DNA from: a virus
Length of the DNA: 64,000 bases
Reading direction: 5' to 3' (one strand)
IMG/VR virus record: IMGVR_UViG_3300001868_000005
Below the pieces are notes generated by a model, which worked only from the letters and a program-made list of their open reading frames with translations, did no database searches and had not been told where the DNA came from. The position numbers and the translations under genes were made by a program. How positions within the stretch are numbered: the first letter of the stretch is position 1; the number at the start of each line of letters is the position of its first letter. Positions 1-9,847 of the stretch are shown piece by piece.

Positions 1-1
1 G

Positions 2-3000
2 CCCGTTTCAAAGCAATTAAGAGACTTATATGACTTTAAATTAAAGAAAGTCAGTGATTATTATTTAGACCCAACAAGAGAGTTAAAAGATTTTGTGGTT
101 ACGCCACAGGACGACCCCTATACGGTTAATCTTAAAAACTATGCACACCAAGCATGGACCAATAGAGAAGCCAATCCCATACTTGCGCCCCTACTCGGAA
201 CGGCAAAACAAATAATCGGAGGAGTAAAAAGAAGTATCATTGACCCTACATATGGGGTTGCTAACATTATCAGTGATGCACTTATTGGAATAGGCGTTCC
301 TCCTCCACCTAAAATATTATCAAATGAAAGCATAGCAAAAGGACTGGACTATATTCCTGTAGTGGGTGATCTGTTTAATAGGTATGAGGATATGAATCGG
401 AATGTTCCAGACCTACCAGAAGGAACACCTAATACGTTTGGTGGCAATGTGGCTAAAGTTGCAAATACGATACTTGGAGGTGCAGCACAGCTTCCAGGTA
501 TGATGGGTGGCATGGAAATAGGAGTTGGTCTAACTGGCGGCATAAGGGCGGGAAAACTCGGACTTACCATGGCAGGATACATGGGAGGTGAAGAATTCTT
601 AAACAAATACAACGACCTATCAAAAGAGAATACCCCTGTTATTGATAAGCTAAAAGCATCTATAGCAGCAGGAATAGAGGGCGCAGTACAGGGTATGGCT
701 ATGGAAGGAATAACCAACGCAGCACCGTACGTAGCAGCTAATGTAGCAGCAAAAGGAGCATTGGGTAAAGAAGCATGGAAAACAGCAGATGAGGCAACAA
801 AAGCCGCAGCAAGGGACATTTCACAGGCAAAAGGAGAGGGTTGGTGGACTGCAAAAATGATGGGATTCTTGGGTTGGGGTAACCTTGACTTAATTTCTCA
901 ATATATGCAAAATGGCTATGTTGATCCGTATGTCGCAGTTGGTAATGGTTTATTTGGTGGAGTGGTAACAGAAGCAGGAATACACAAAGCAGAGGGAATT
1001 GATATAGGCTCAGAGGCTATGGGTAAGAGATTCGACCACTGGCTACAAGCTACTCCCGAAGAATCTAAAATGATTTCTAGCATCAAGACACCAATAAGGG
1101 AAATGAGACAAGCAGCCAGTAAAATGGCTGAAAAAGTAGTTGATCCCAAAGATATTACCGTTGAGCAAAATGAGAACGGAACGCATACTATTTCTGCAAA
1201 TTTTAACCTTGAAAACAAAACACAGCAGGAATTAAGCTCACTCGGAATGGGTGAATTTCTGACTAAGATAGCCAATGTAAAAGAAAGTAGTGACGAAATA
1301 GCCAATTACCCACAGTTTTTTACCGAAAAAACAAACGAACACTTAGCCAATGGAGATATAACTCCCGAACAACACGCTATTTTATTAAAAAAGATTAGCG
1401 AGGATGTTGCCAACCATGACCCGATAAATATTAAATCAGAAGAAATACAGAATGAAATTGACGTATTAAACCAAAAAATAGCCGGAGTAGACGCAGGCTA
1501 TGATATTCCTGTTGTAAAAAAGGTCAAAATTGAATCACTAAACAAACAGATTAAAGAGAAAACAGCACAGATTGAGAATATTGTAAACGGTGTACCTGAA
1601 ATTAAACCTGCCGAAACTCCGGCAGAACCCATTAAACCGGAATTACCAAAGACAGAGGAAGAGCAAATAGCAGATATAGAACAAAGACGACAAAATGAAT
1701 TTAATAATACACAAGGAACTGTATTATTAAGGTCTTCAATTCCTATTATCGAGAGCGTAATAGCCGGAGATAGGGTATACAGGGCAGGAATAACGAGTAC
1801 TGCGAATAGTGCGTCAGTGTCTATTAATAAAAACTTCACCAACATTGCAGGAACAGAGGTTAGGCTTAACGAATCAGAGTTTAAGGAATATTCAACACTG
1901 AATGGGTTATTGGAAAATGAAATAATAACCCGAAAAGAATATAGCGATAAAATGGACGAACTTGGCAGGCGTGTACTTGAAAGAGGGCTTGGTGAGAATA
2001 AAATAACAGATCATCGTAGCGAACTAATTACGGGTGAATCTATTAATGAAAAATATGATAATGAAATTAAAGCATTAAAAACAGAACAAAATCCACAGAT
2101 TATTAATCCTAAACCCGAACCAAATGGTAAAGAAAAAACCAATGCCGAAGCCGACAATAACAAGAAAAGTGACGTTAGCACCAAAAATGCCAATGAAACC
2201 GACCAAAAAGGGCTGTTAAATCCCGAATTACCAAAAACAGATGTAGTGACAGGCGAACAACCTGTTGCTACTTCAATTTTGAACCAAGAAAATGATTTAA
2301 AAGGCGAAAAGAAGAATGATGCAATGTTAGAAGTTAAAAGGTCTAACTCTGTTGACGATTTGAAACCTGATGATATTGTTATCGTAAAAGGCAATAACCA
2401 ACCCGATATGGAAATGTCATTCAGGGGATTTGACAATAAAGGTAATGCAGTTGTATATAGCAAAAAAGACGGTCAGTTTTCGGTTAAGAAATCAGAAATT
2501 ACCCCAAAAGACAGCAAGGTAATAGGATATGACAATACTGAAAACATAGCATACGCACTCGAAAACGGAATATATCAAAAATGGGTAGGTGAGGGCAGAA
2601 TATCTCAATTGGATGCTGAAACTATAATTAAATCAGCAGGGTTGGAAGTTCCAAAAGAATTGCAGTCAGTAGGTGACAATACGACACCGACTGAAAACAG
2701 ACCGCCAACAGAATTAGAAATAGTAAAAATCAATTTAGGCTTCGCGGAAAAAGACCTATCTGATGCAGAAAATTATTTAATAAAAGCAGGTGGAAATGTA
2801 CTTGCACCTGAGTTGAAATATAATACTGAAAAGCGAGCATTTAATAATAAAAGAATAAAAGAATTAAATGCCGAAATAGCAAGGTTGAGCGGTGATGGGA
2901 AAATAGAAAATAAAAAGGTATTAAATGAGACACCAAAAGAGATATTGTATTCAATCAAGGGCAAAGATGTTGTAGCTGAAATTACTGTAAAAAATAATAC

Positions 3001-6000
3001 AGATATGATTGGGGTTGAATATTCAGATGGAAAAACTGAATATTTCAAAAAAGATAAACTTTCTGATTTAAAATCACATACACCGACTGAAAAGGTTATC
3101 GAACCGAAAGTCGAACCTGAAATTTTTGAACCCAAACAAGCAAAGGTTAAATCGGTTTCCGATAAAGCAACCGAACAACTCAAAAGAGACCGTATCAAAA
3201 AACAAGTTGCTGATTCTAAGGTGCTCAGAGAGGACAAAGATAGGGTATTGGGAGAATTATCCACTATTAGAGAAACAATAAAAGAAGACTTAGAAGTAAA
3301 GGGGGATTTTAAAACAACCCAAGAAGTATATGATTGGCACGTAAGTGCTTTTGGAACCGTAGGGAATTTAATAACAGATAATGTACGCTCCAAGCTAAAA
3401 GAAAAGGGAATTAATATTGATGAAAAAGGATATGTAACTATTAAAACTCCAAAAGGCGAGTTTAAATTTCCTGTTGCGGATATAGCAAGTATTGAAAAGG
3501 CAGTAAAACAGGACTATCCATCAAATACAACCGCAGGCAAAGCTAAATCCGACCCTATCACTTCTCCACGCCAAAGAACATACGTAAATCAACTTGACAA
3601 AAATGGTCGATATAAGACCAAAGAGCAAGTCTTGTCTGATATTGAATCACAGATAAGGATGCACGAAGAAAACATAGCACAGGCAAAGAAAACAGGTAAC
3701 ACGAAGCTAATTGAGACGTTTCAAAAGGAAATCGACAATCTGAAAGAATATCATGGTCAAGCAAAAGTAACTGACTTTGAACAAAGAGAAATTGAGCGAA
3801 TTATCACCGAAGATTTGAGAGATAACCCATTAATGAAATTAGTTTCAAAACTAAATGAAAAAGGTGTTAAGATTGACAAAATTGAGTTTGGTAAAAAACT
3901 TCTTGCCTTAAACATGGCTGACTATAAGCTCGGAAAAAATGAGGGAATAGTAGACTTTAATAATGCAATGGATGAAGCATTACGCATTAAACAAGGTTAT
4001 GATGGCAATAAAACAATTGAATCTGTTTTAGCTAAACACAATAGGGAGTTAAACAGGTTGCATGATGAACGTAATAGCATAACAGGCAGAAAATCAAAAG
4101 AACGTGATCGTAAATATGAGTCTGTAAATTCAAGAATAAAGGAAACAGAGGATAAAATAACCACACTCGAAAATAATAAACCACTAATCGAACAAGCATT
4201 AAAAAACGAACCGTATGAATACAGAGGTGGAAAACAAATCAAAATTGAACCTGCAAGAGACACAAGAATTATTATCAGCGAAGCACAGGCTATTGAAAAT
4301 AAGGCAAAACTTGATAAATCGAGGACAGATTTTGAAGAATCAATCGCAAGGGTTGATAAAATAATTGATGAAATTGACAATAAGGTTGATGAAGTCAACA
4401 AATTCGACAAAGCACGCCAAACCATAGAATCCCTACGTGAACCAACAAAAGCGTTCATTGAGAGTAAAATCGGAGTAAACACACCCAAAGATGTCGTTAA
4501 AAACGGTATCGGGATGGACGAACTCGTAGACGGTCTGTTTGATTTTGCCAAAAAGTCAATAGATATAGCCGAGGGAGTTACAGAGAGGGCTAAACTGATT
4601 AAAGAATTTCTCGACCTGCAAAGAGAGAATTTAAAAGACTACGTTGAAAATATTGAAGAAGTCATACAGAAACTTGCGGATAAATTCAAAGCAGAATATA
4701 AACAAGAACCCGTAATAGAACCAAAAGTCACAGAATTTCCCCCACTTTCAGAAGCAGGTAAATCCGGTGAAATAAAAGAAAGCGGAAAAACATTCCAAAC
4801 AGTTGCTGATTTTGTCCGTACCTATGAGGGAATTGAACTCAAAGGAATAGATAAATTCGCAAATGACTACATAGAGAATATGTCAGTTGACAGAGCCTAT
4901 GATGAAGTTATAAGAAAAATACCTGACGTAGAGGTCGCACCTGCATTTCAGGCTATTCGTGGTCGCTTATTAGAGGTTTTGTCAGATGATGCAGCGACTA
5001 AAATGACTTCGGGGGAAAATATTGACGCATTGGCTGAGAAGATAGACAGACTAGGTCAGGTGTGGTCAAAGGAAGGTACTAAGATGGGACAAGCGAGTTC
5101 CGTTAATGCCTTATTCCAAAAATTAAACCATTTATACGTTGAAAACAGAGTCAGGGATGCCAAATTAAAAGCAAAACAACTAAAGGAAAAACCTATAAAA
5201 GAAGTTGCAAAAGAAGTTGTTACAAAGAGAAAACAGTCTTTTGAAAAAGGAATCGACGGTGCAGACAAAAAACTAAAACTAATCCACGATCAGGTTCCTG
5301 TTGTAAAAAAAGAGCGTGGTCAGAAAATAAAAGAAGCAAACGAATTAATTCAAAAAGGTCGGGATATTTGGAGAAACAGTAGGGGACAGATGAATGTTAT
5401 CACAACCGCTACTGCCGAGTTTCTTAAAGGCGCAAGATACATCACAGAAGGGCTTGTAAAGAAGGGTTATTACGAAGTAGGTAGAATAGTCGAGGAAGTA
5501 AATAAACTCGCTAAAACGCACGGTATTGACTTTTCTAAGCACCAAAAAGAATTGTCGGAAATAGCCAAAGAGGAAATCGACAAAATGAAGTTTGGTCAAG
5601 TTGATAAATTAATCAATCCCGAACCAAAGGCTAAAAAGGAAACCAAAGAAACACTGAATAGTAAGTACCGTGATTTAATCAAAGAAGTCAAAACAGGTGA
5701 CGTTGAAAAATTGGTCGATAAGTTTGTTTCAGACTTGGAATTAGGCGAAACAGAAGCCGGAAAACTTCGTGAAAAACTACTCACAGAGGCCAATAAAGTA
5801 AGAAGTGAACATGATTTATCTATTCAGGAAAAAGAAGCTAAAAAACAAGCAACAGAGGATAAAAAACAAGCCGAAAAAGAACAGGCCAAAACGGATAAAG
5901 AAATAGCCGACTGGAAAAAGAAATATGAAAATATCCCAACAGAAGAAGAATTTAACCAAAGCGTAGTCGATGATGTTTTTTCTTTAATTGAAAAGAATAA

Positions 6001-8791
6001 TCAAGAACCAACAACTAAGGTCAAACCCGAAAATATTTCGAGTGATTTCAAAACTTTTATAACCGATATTAAAAAAATTGTCAACGACAATCAAAACAAT
6101 AAAGACCTCAGAAAAGAGGAACTTGTTAAAAAGTTTGTCTCTGAATTAGGAATTGATAAAAATTCTGCTGAAAAAATCTACGATGCAATAAAAATAGAAG
6201 CGGATAAGATTTATAAAAAAGAAATTACAAAATTATTTACTCAAAAGTTTGGAATAATAGGTAAACGAGTAAGCGTAAAAGGCAAAGCATTTGAAAAGTT
6301 AGCAGGTGACGTTGAAAGAGGTGTGTTTGATGAAAACTACGATCAATTTGCTACCGGAATATCAGAAAAATATGGATTAAGAGAACTAACTACAGAAGAA
6401 GCTAAGATTTTAGGTGAATCAATAAGGGCGGCCAAAGCAACATCTGATGGGCCACTTGGAGAAATTGCGATGTTTAAAGCATCTAAGATTTGGGAATTCT
6501 TAATGCCACGAGATCCCATGTTAATCGGAATGATTAAAACAGGAATCGGTATAACGTATGAAAATATGCTATCGGGGCCGACTACTCAGTTTGCGAATAT
6601 GATTCCAAATATTATGAACATTTCATCTAAGGGATTTGAGAGAATAACAAATCCAGGTAGATGGGGTGATTGGTATAAAGGAATAAAAGAGTCCGAAAAA
6701 AGATTTATAGGTGATGCAGCCAAAAGGACGCCTTTATATAATATGATTGAGACTTATTATCTTTACTCTAAATCCGTAGAAACAGCAAGAAATATAGCAT
6801 GGAGAATATTAAGACACGGAGGAATAAGCAGTACTAAATACACCGAAGGAACTGACGTAAAAACAGTAATGTCTCATGTTCCTAACTCGGAGTTACTCAG
6901 GTTCGGGGATTTGGGCGATGTGCATAATATGACCCGCTATCAACGAATAATGATCGGCAAGTGGAACGCAAACCCTACCGAGATGCTAAAGTATATCACA
7001 AGGTCATTAGATGCTGGGGATAGGTCTATTCAGCATATAGCCAAATCTGATGCTATTGCACAGCTTTTAAGATGGGCACAAAGAGAGGACTTAAAAACTA
7101 ATTCCCACGAAAATGAAAATGCAGTATTAAATGATGTTTTCAGTGATATGTTTTATTCTAAAATGTCCGACGCTCAGAGAGAAATTGTCGACCAAAGACT
7201 TCAAGAGGCAGTAAATAAATATATCCAGAACGTAAAAGAATTTCCAAGTAAACCGCAAGTAGCAGAACAAAGGGCTTTTATTATCGAAGGTCTGGCTAGA
7301 GAGAAATATAAAATAGATCCCGAAAGATGGAACCTTATGGAAGAAGACGTAAGAAAAGCCGTATTCAGAGGAGAAGGAGGAGGAACGTTTACAATGATGG
7401 CAGACCTCATAGGTAGGTGGGCTAGTCATAATTTGGCTACAAGGGTTTTCTTTATGCAATTTGTCCCATTTACATCAATAATTGGTCACATGGGAGACTA
7501 TGGACTAGACTACGTGGTAGGTATTCCAAGGTCTTACGGAATAAGCATCACACATGGACTTTCTAAAATAAATCCTAACATTAAATCAGGAAAAGCCGGA
7601 GAAAGAGGTCTTGATGGGTTAATACCAGAATCCTTAAAAAGACAAAGGGATAGAGGTTATTTCGGATTGGCTATGATGACTGTTGGCGCTGCTTTATTCT
7701 TTGGAAACAAAGACAATGAAATCCACGGAAGCATGGCGTATGACGACATAGACAACAGAGATGATGCTTTCACCGCTAAGATAGGTAATTTTAAGTTTAA
7801 TTACTCTATCTATCCACAGTTGATGTTGCCTTTTGGGTTTTTGGGTTCACTTCAGGATATGAAAAGTGCCGGAATAATTAAAGAAAACCAAACTAACCTT
7901 AACATTCTTGATTCGGAGAATAAAAGACAAGCGTTTGCAACTTCTATGATATATTTTGACGCTTTCGTAAAGTCTCTTTCTGTTATAAAAGAACAATCAG
8001 TATTAAGTGGATTGAATAATTTAATAACCGTAGGTCAAGACGCTATTGGAAACCAGACAAGTTTTCAGAAACAACACGCATTAGGAGAGGTTGCCAATCC
8101 AACAGTCGAACCACAGGAGAAAGATAAAAAACTGCCAAAACCCGTAAAAGATATGATGAGTATTTTCGGGAAAGGAGTTACAGGATGGCTACCAACAAGG
8201 AATAATTTAATACAACAAGGATTAAGGTTTTTCGACCCGCATAAAAAACAAGGCTTAACTGCATGGGATATTGTAATGAACTCCATGGGGACTCAGGTAT
8301 TTACCAATGGTGACGCATTAAACGTACTTGGGGACAAGCAAACACTATATCCCGGAACGAACCAAGTCTACTACTCAAAGACGCCCGACCCGTACAAGGA
8401 TTTTATGAGAGAATGGAAAGCACAGCCCAAAAAACTCGATCCTTATGCTTTTTATACTGTAATTTCTGCTGATGCCGTAAAACAAGTAGAGACACCAAAA
8501 GGAATGGTTAATGATACAACTTGGTCGGCAAAGAAGGTTCAGCTTGACGAAAAACAATTCAGAAAATACGTCGAGGAAACCGGAAAACAGTTTAAGATGC
8601 AAATTGACGTACTAAAAAATGCCACAGAGTTTGTAAAAGATTACGCTCCGATAGTTTTAAATGAAGGCAAGCCCGGAGTTCAAACAGAAACCCTTATGCA
8701 GAAAAAAGTAGGTGAAGCGTGGAATAGAGCTAAATTGCTCGCACTTCCGGCTATTCAAATAAATAATATTCAACCAATACCTAATCCATAA
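2..8791 (+). CDS. Giant virion-associated (internal/DNA ejection-like) protein, 5'-truncated, >2900 aa
   Basis: Frame is open from base 2 (PVSKQLRDLYDF...) through the listed GTG at 95 to TAA 8791. Gly/Ala-rich N-terminus, long charged coiled-coil middle and helical C-terminus are typical of podovirus ejection proteins; lies upstream of tail genes. Confidence 0.65.
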   Translation, partial: PVSKQLRDLYDFKLKKVSDYYLDPTRELKDFVVTPQDDPYTVNLKNYAHQAWTNREANPILAPLLGTAKQIIGGVKRSIIDPTYGVANIISDALIGIGVPPPPKILSNESIAKGLDYIPVVGDLFNRYEDMNRNVPDLPEGTPNTFGGNVAKVANTILGGAAQLPGMMGGMEIGVGLTGGIRAGKLGLTMAGYMGGEEFLNKYNDLSKENTPVIDKLKASIAAGIEGAVQGMAMEGITNAAPYVAANVAAKGALGKEAWKTADEATKAAARDISQAKGEGWWTAKMMGFLGWGNLDLISQYMQNGYVDPYVAVGNGLFGGVVTEAGIHKAEGIDIGSEAMGKRFDHWLQATPEESKMISSIKTPIREMRQAASKMAEKVVDPKDITVEQNENGTHTISANFNLENKTQQELSSLGMGEFLTKIANVKESSDEIANYPQFFTEKTNEHLANGDITPEQHAILLKKISEDVANHDPINIKSEEIQNEIDVLNQKIAGVDAGYDIPVVKKVKIESLNKQIKEKTAQIENIVNGVPEIKPAETPAEPIKPELPKTEEEQIADIEQRRQNEFNNTQGTVLLRSSIPIIESVIAGDRVYRAGITSTANSASVSINKNFTNIAGTEVRLNESEFKEYSTLNGLLENEIITRKEYSDKMDELGRRVLERGLGENKITDHRSELITGESINEKYDNEIKALKTEQNPQIINPKPEPNGKEKTNAEADNNKKSDVSTKNANETDQKGLLNPELPKTDVVTGEQPVATSILNQENDLKGEKKNDAMLEVKRSNSVDDLKPDDIVIVKGNNQPDMEMSFRGFDNKGNAVVYSKKDGQFSVKKSEITPKDSKVIGYDNTENIAYALENGIYQKWVGEGRISQLDAETIIKSAGLEVPKELQSVGDNTTPTENRPPTELEIVKINLGFAEKDLSDAENYLIKAGGNVLAPELKYNTEKRAFNNKRIKELNAEIARLSGDGKIENKKVLNETPKEILYSIKGKDVVAEITVKNNTDMIGVEYSDGKTEYFKKDKLSDLKSHTPTEKVIEPKVEPEIFEPKQAKVKSVSDKATEQLKRDRIKKQVADSKVLREDKDRVLGELSTIRETIKEDLEVKGDFKTTQEVYDWHVSAFGTVGNLITDNVRSKLKEKGINIDEKGYVTIKTPKGEFKFPVADIASIEKAVKQDYPSNTTAGKAKSDPITSPRQRTYVNQLDKNGRYKTKEQVLSDIESQIRMHEENIAQAKKTGNTKLIETFQKEIDNLKEYHGQAKVTDFEQREIERIITEDLRDNPLMKLVSKLNEKGVKIDKIEFGKKLLALNMADYKLGKNEGIVDFNNAMDEALRIKQGYDGNKTIESVLAKHNRELNRLHDERNSITGRKSKERDRKYESVNSRIKETEDKITTLENNKPLIEQALKNEPYEYRGGKQIKIEPARDTRIIISEAQAIENKAKLDKSRTDFEESIARVDKIIDEIDNKVDEVNKFDKARQTIESLREPTKAFIESKIGVNTPKDVVKNGIGMDELVDGLFDFAKKSIDIAEGVTERAKLIKEFLDLQRENLKDYVENIEEVIQKLADKFKAEYKQEPVIEPKVTEFPPLSEAGKSGEIKESGKTFQTVADFVRTYEGIELKGIDKFANDYIENMSVDRAYDEVIRKIPDVEVAPAFQAIRGRLLEVLSDDAATKMTSGENIDALAEKIDRLGQVWSKEGTKMGQASSVNALFQKLNHLYVENRVRDAKLKAKQLKEKPIKEVAKEVVTKRKQSFEKGIDGADKKLKLIHDQVPVVKKERGQKIKEANELIQKGRDIWRNSRGQMNVITTATAEFLKGARYITEGLVKKGYYEVGRIVEEVNKLAKTHGIDFSKHQKELSEIAKEEIDKMKFGQVDKLINPEPKAKKETKETLNSKYRDLIKEVKTGDVEKLVDKFVSDLELGETEAGKLREKLLTEANKVRSEHDLSIQEKEAKKQATEDKKQAEKEQAKTDKEIADWKKKYENIPTEEEFNQSVVDDVFSLIEKNNQEPTTKVKPENISSDFKTFITDIKKIVNDNQNNKDLRKEELVKKFVSELGIDKNSAEKIYDAIKIEADKIYKKEITKLFTQKFGIIGKRVSVKGKAFEKLAGDVERGVFDENYDQFATGISEKYGLRELTTEEAKILGESIRAAKATSDGPLGEIAMFKASKIWEFLMPRDPMLIGMIKTGIGITYENMLSGPTTQFANMIPNIMNISSKGFERITNPGRWGDWYKGIKESEKRFIGDAAKRTPLYNMIETYYLYSKSVETARNIAWRILRHGGISSTKYTEGTDVKTVMSHVPNSELLRFGDLGDVHNMTRYQRIMIGKWNANPTEMLKYITRSLDAGDRSIQHIAKSDAIAQLLRWAQREDLKTNSHENENAVLNDVFSDMFYSKMSDAQREIVDQRLQEAVNKYIQNVKEFPSKPQVAEQRAFIIEGLAREKYKIDPERWNLMEEDVRKAVFRGEGGGTFTMMADLIGRWASHNLATRVFFMQFVPFTSIIGHMGDYGLDYVVGIPRSYGISITHGLSKINPNIKSGKAGERGLDGLIPESLKRQRDRGYFGLAMMTVGAALFFGNKDNEIHGSMAYDDIDNRDDAFTAKIGNFKFNYSIYPQLMLPFGFLGSLQDMKSAGIIKENQTNLNILDSENKRQAFATSMIYFDAFVKSLSVIKEQSVLSGLNNLITVGQDAIGNQTSFQKQHALGEVANPTVEPQEKDKKLPKPVKDMMSIFGKGVTGWLPTRNNLIQQGLRFFDPHKKQGLTAWDIVMNSMGTQVFTNGDALNVLGDKQTLYPGTNQVYYSKTPDPYKDFMREWKAQPKKLDPYAFYTVISADAVKQVETPKGMVNDTTWSAKKVQLDEKQFRKYVEETGKQFKMQIDVLKNATEFVKDYAPIVLNEGKPGVQTETLMQKKVGEAWNRAKLLALPAIQINNIQPIPNP
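2124..2219 (+). CDS. Putative nested small basic peptide in the +1 frame of the giant gene (MVKKKPMPKPTITRKVTLAPKMPMKPTKKGC)
   Basis: ATG 2124 to TAA 2219, 31 aa, Lys/Pro/Met-rich; AT-rich upstream context attattaatcctaaacccgaaccaa. Confidence 0.4.
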   Translation: MVKKKPMPKPTITRKVTLAPKMPMKPTKKGC

Positions 8792-8814
8792 TCGTTCTAA
8801 ATTACTGACACCTA

Positions 8815-8845
8815 TTGCATTTTGATTTTTTGTGTTGTAAATTTG
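8815..8845 (+). promoter_or_regulatory. Bacteroidota sigma70-type promoter
   Basis: TTG 8815, 20 nt, TAAATTTG 8838-8845. Confidence 0.65.
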
Positions 8846-8857
8846 TCGAAAAAAAAT

Positions 8858-9268
8858 ATGGACAAATTAGCAATGCTTCAAAACGCACATGAGGAGATTT
8901 ATAAGAATACCGCAATTATTGAAAGCATAAACAGCGACATTAAGAATGACTTAGAATCTTTTGTAAAGAAAAACTATGGAGAGACCAAAGTAAAAAGGGG
9001 TGAAAAAGAATTTGAATTTTTTCAGTGTATAGTCGCTACGTCTCGTTATGATACAAGTAGTACAACCATTAGATTGTATTTTGTTATTTGCAGTAAGGTA
9101 GAAAAAAGGGTACGGGAAAGCATTGAAAAAGAGGTAAGGTATATAAAAGAAGATACATTTCAGGTGTGGGTTAGAGATAGGTATCTGAATCGCTTTATCC
9201 TTCAAATGGACTACAGTATAAAAATTGAACAAGTATTTGATGGAAAAATATCCCTAAGGATAGAATAA
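8858..9268 (+). CDS. Hypothetical protein
   Basis: ORF track 8822-9268; ATG 8858 is the likely start because it follows promoter TAAATTTG at 8838. Confidence 0.7.
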   Translation: MDKLAMLQNAHEEIYKNTAIIESINSDIKNDLESFVKKNYGETKVKRGEKEFEFFQCIVATSRYDTSSTTIRLYFVICSKVEKRVRESIEKEVRYIKEDTFQVWVRDRYLNRFILQMDYSIKIEQVFDGKISLRIE

Positions 9269-9312
9269 ATTATTTGTATCCATTCTAAATAGTGTCTAAA
9301 TTACAAAATCGC

Positions 9313-9372
9313 TTGCTTTTTCAATAAAATTGATATTACCTTTGCATTCACCCAAATAATGTACTATCTTTG
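9313..9372 (+). promoter_or_regulatory. Tandem Bacteroidota-type promoters upstream of the candidate ncRNA
   Basis: TACCTTTG 9337-9344 and TATCTTTG 9365-9372. Confidence 0.6.
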
Positions 9373-9377
9373 CTATG

Positions 9378-9750
9378 TCATTTGTTAGGGGTGATGTCTT
9401 AAAATCTGCGGTTCTAAACAAACCAACGAAACCCCTGAGAAAGCAGACCCTAACCTACTTTTGATGGGGTTTTGCTTTTAGGCAGATGACTAGGGTTTCA
9501 GTTGCATCTTTTCCCTAGTCTGATTATATCGAGATAACCCAAAGTGCTGACACGAAAACATAATCAACCGCAAAAAATTACTATGCTCTATCCAAAATCT
9601 GATAACATAGAACCGCAGAGAAAAGTTTGATTATGGGTCTTGCATAAAAACCGTGAAAAGCCAGAGCTAAACGGATCTCAAGAGAGATGGGGGTGCATTA
9701 TTCAGAGTGTCTGACTAAATCGAAAGATTTGGTACCTCCTGCGGGGGATA
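9378..9750 (+). ncRNA. Candidate structured non-coding RNA (~370 nt)
   Basis: ORF-free region after promoters at 9337/9365. Perfect helices 9405-9416/9608-9619 (12 bp), 9488-9495/9513-9520 and 9559-9567/9627-9635; GAAA-capped hairpin 9714-9733. Confidence 0.55.
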
Positions 9751-9793
9751 AAGATTTTCTATTTCCTTATTCATATTTAATCTAAATATTCAG

Positions 9794-9824
9794 TTGCATA
9801 AACTTTAAGAAATGGCTATCTTTG
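9794..9824 (+). promoter_or_regulatory. Promoter of the tail/lysis operon
   Basis: TTG-20-TATCTTTG. Confidence 0.75.
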
Positions 9825-9847
9825 TAGAGAAATAAAAATCTACAATT

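Noticed and set aside
139-8602. Many minus-strand ORFs opposite the giant gene, and similar antisense ORFs elsewhere (e.g. 13693-14091, 22961-23308, 32691-33068, 42960-43211, 48172-48453)
   Set aside because: Shadow frames of real genes with Ser/Leu/Phe-rich composition, no promoters or start contexts.
2-8791. Virion RNA polymerase identity for the giant protein
   Set aside because: No DxDxD catalytic motif recognised in the visible part; composition fits an ejection/cargo protein. The N-terminus is outside the window.
9385-9750. tmRNA, RNase P or group I intron identity for the structured region (5' GGGGTGATG resembles tmRNA GGGG.TGA)
   Set aside because: No T-loop/acceptor 3' end, no tag ORF, no RNase P GAGGAAAGUCC or intron core motifs visible.
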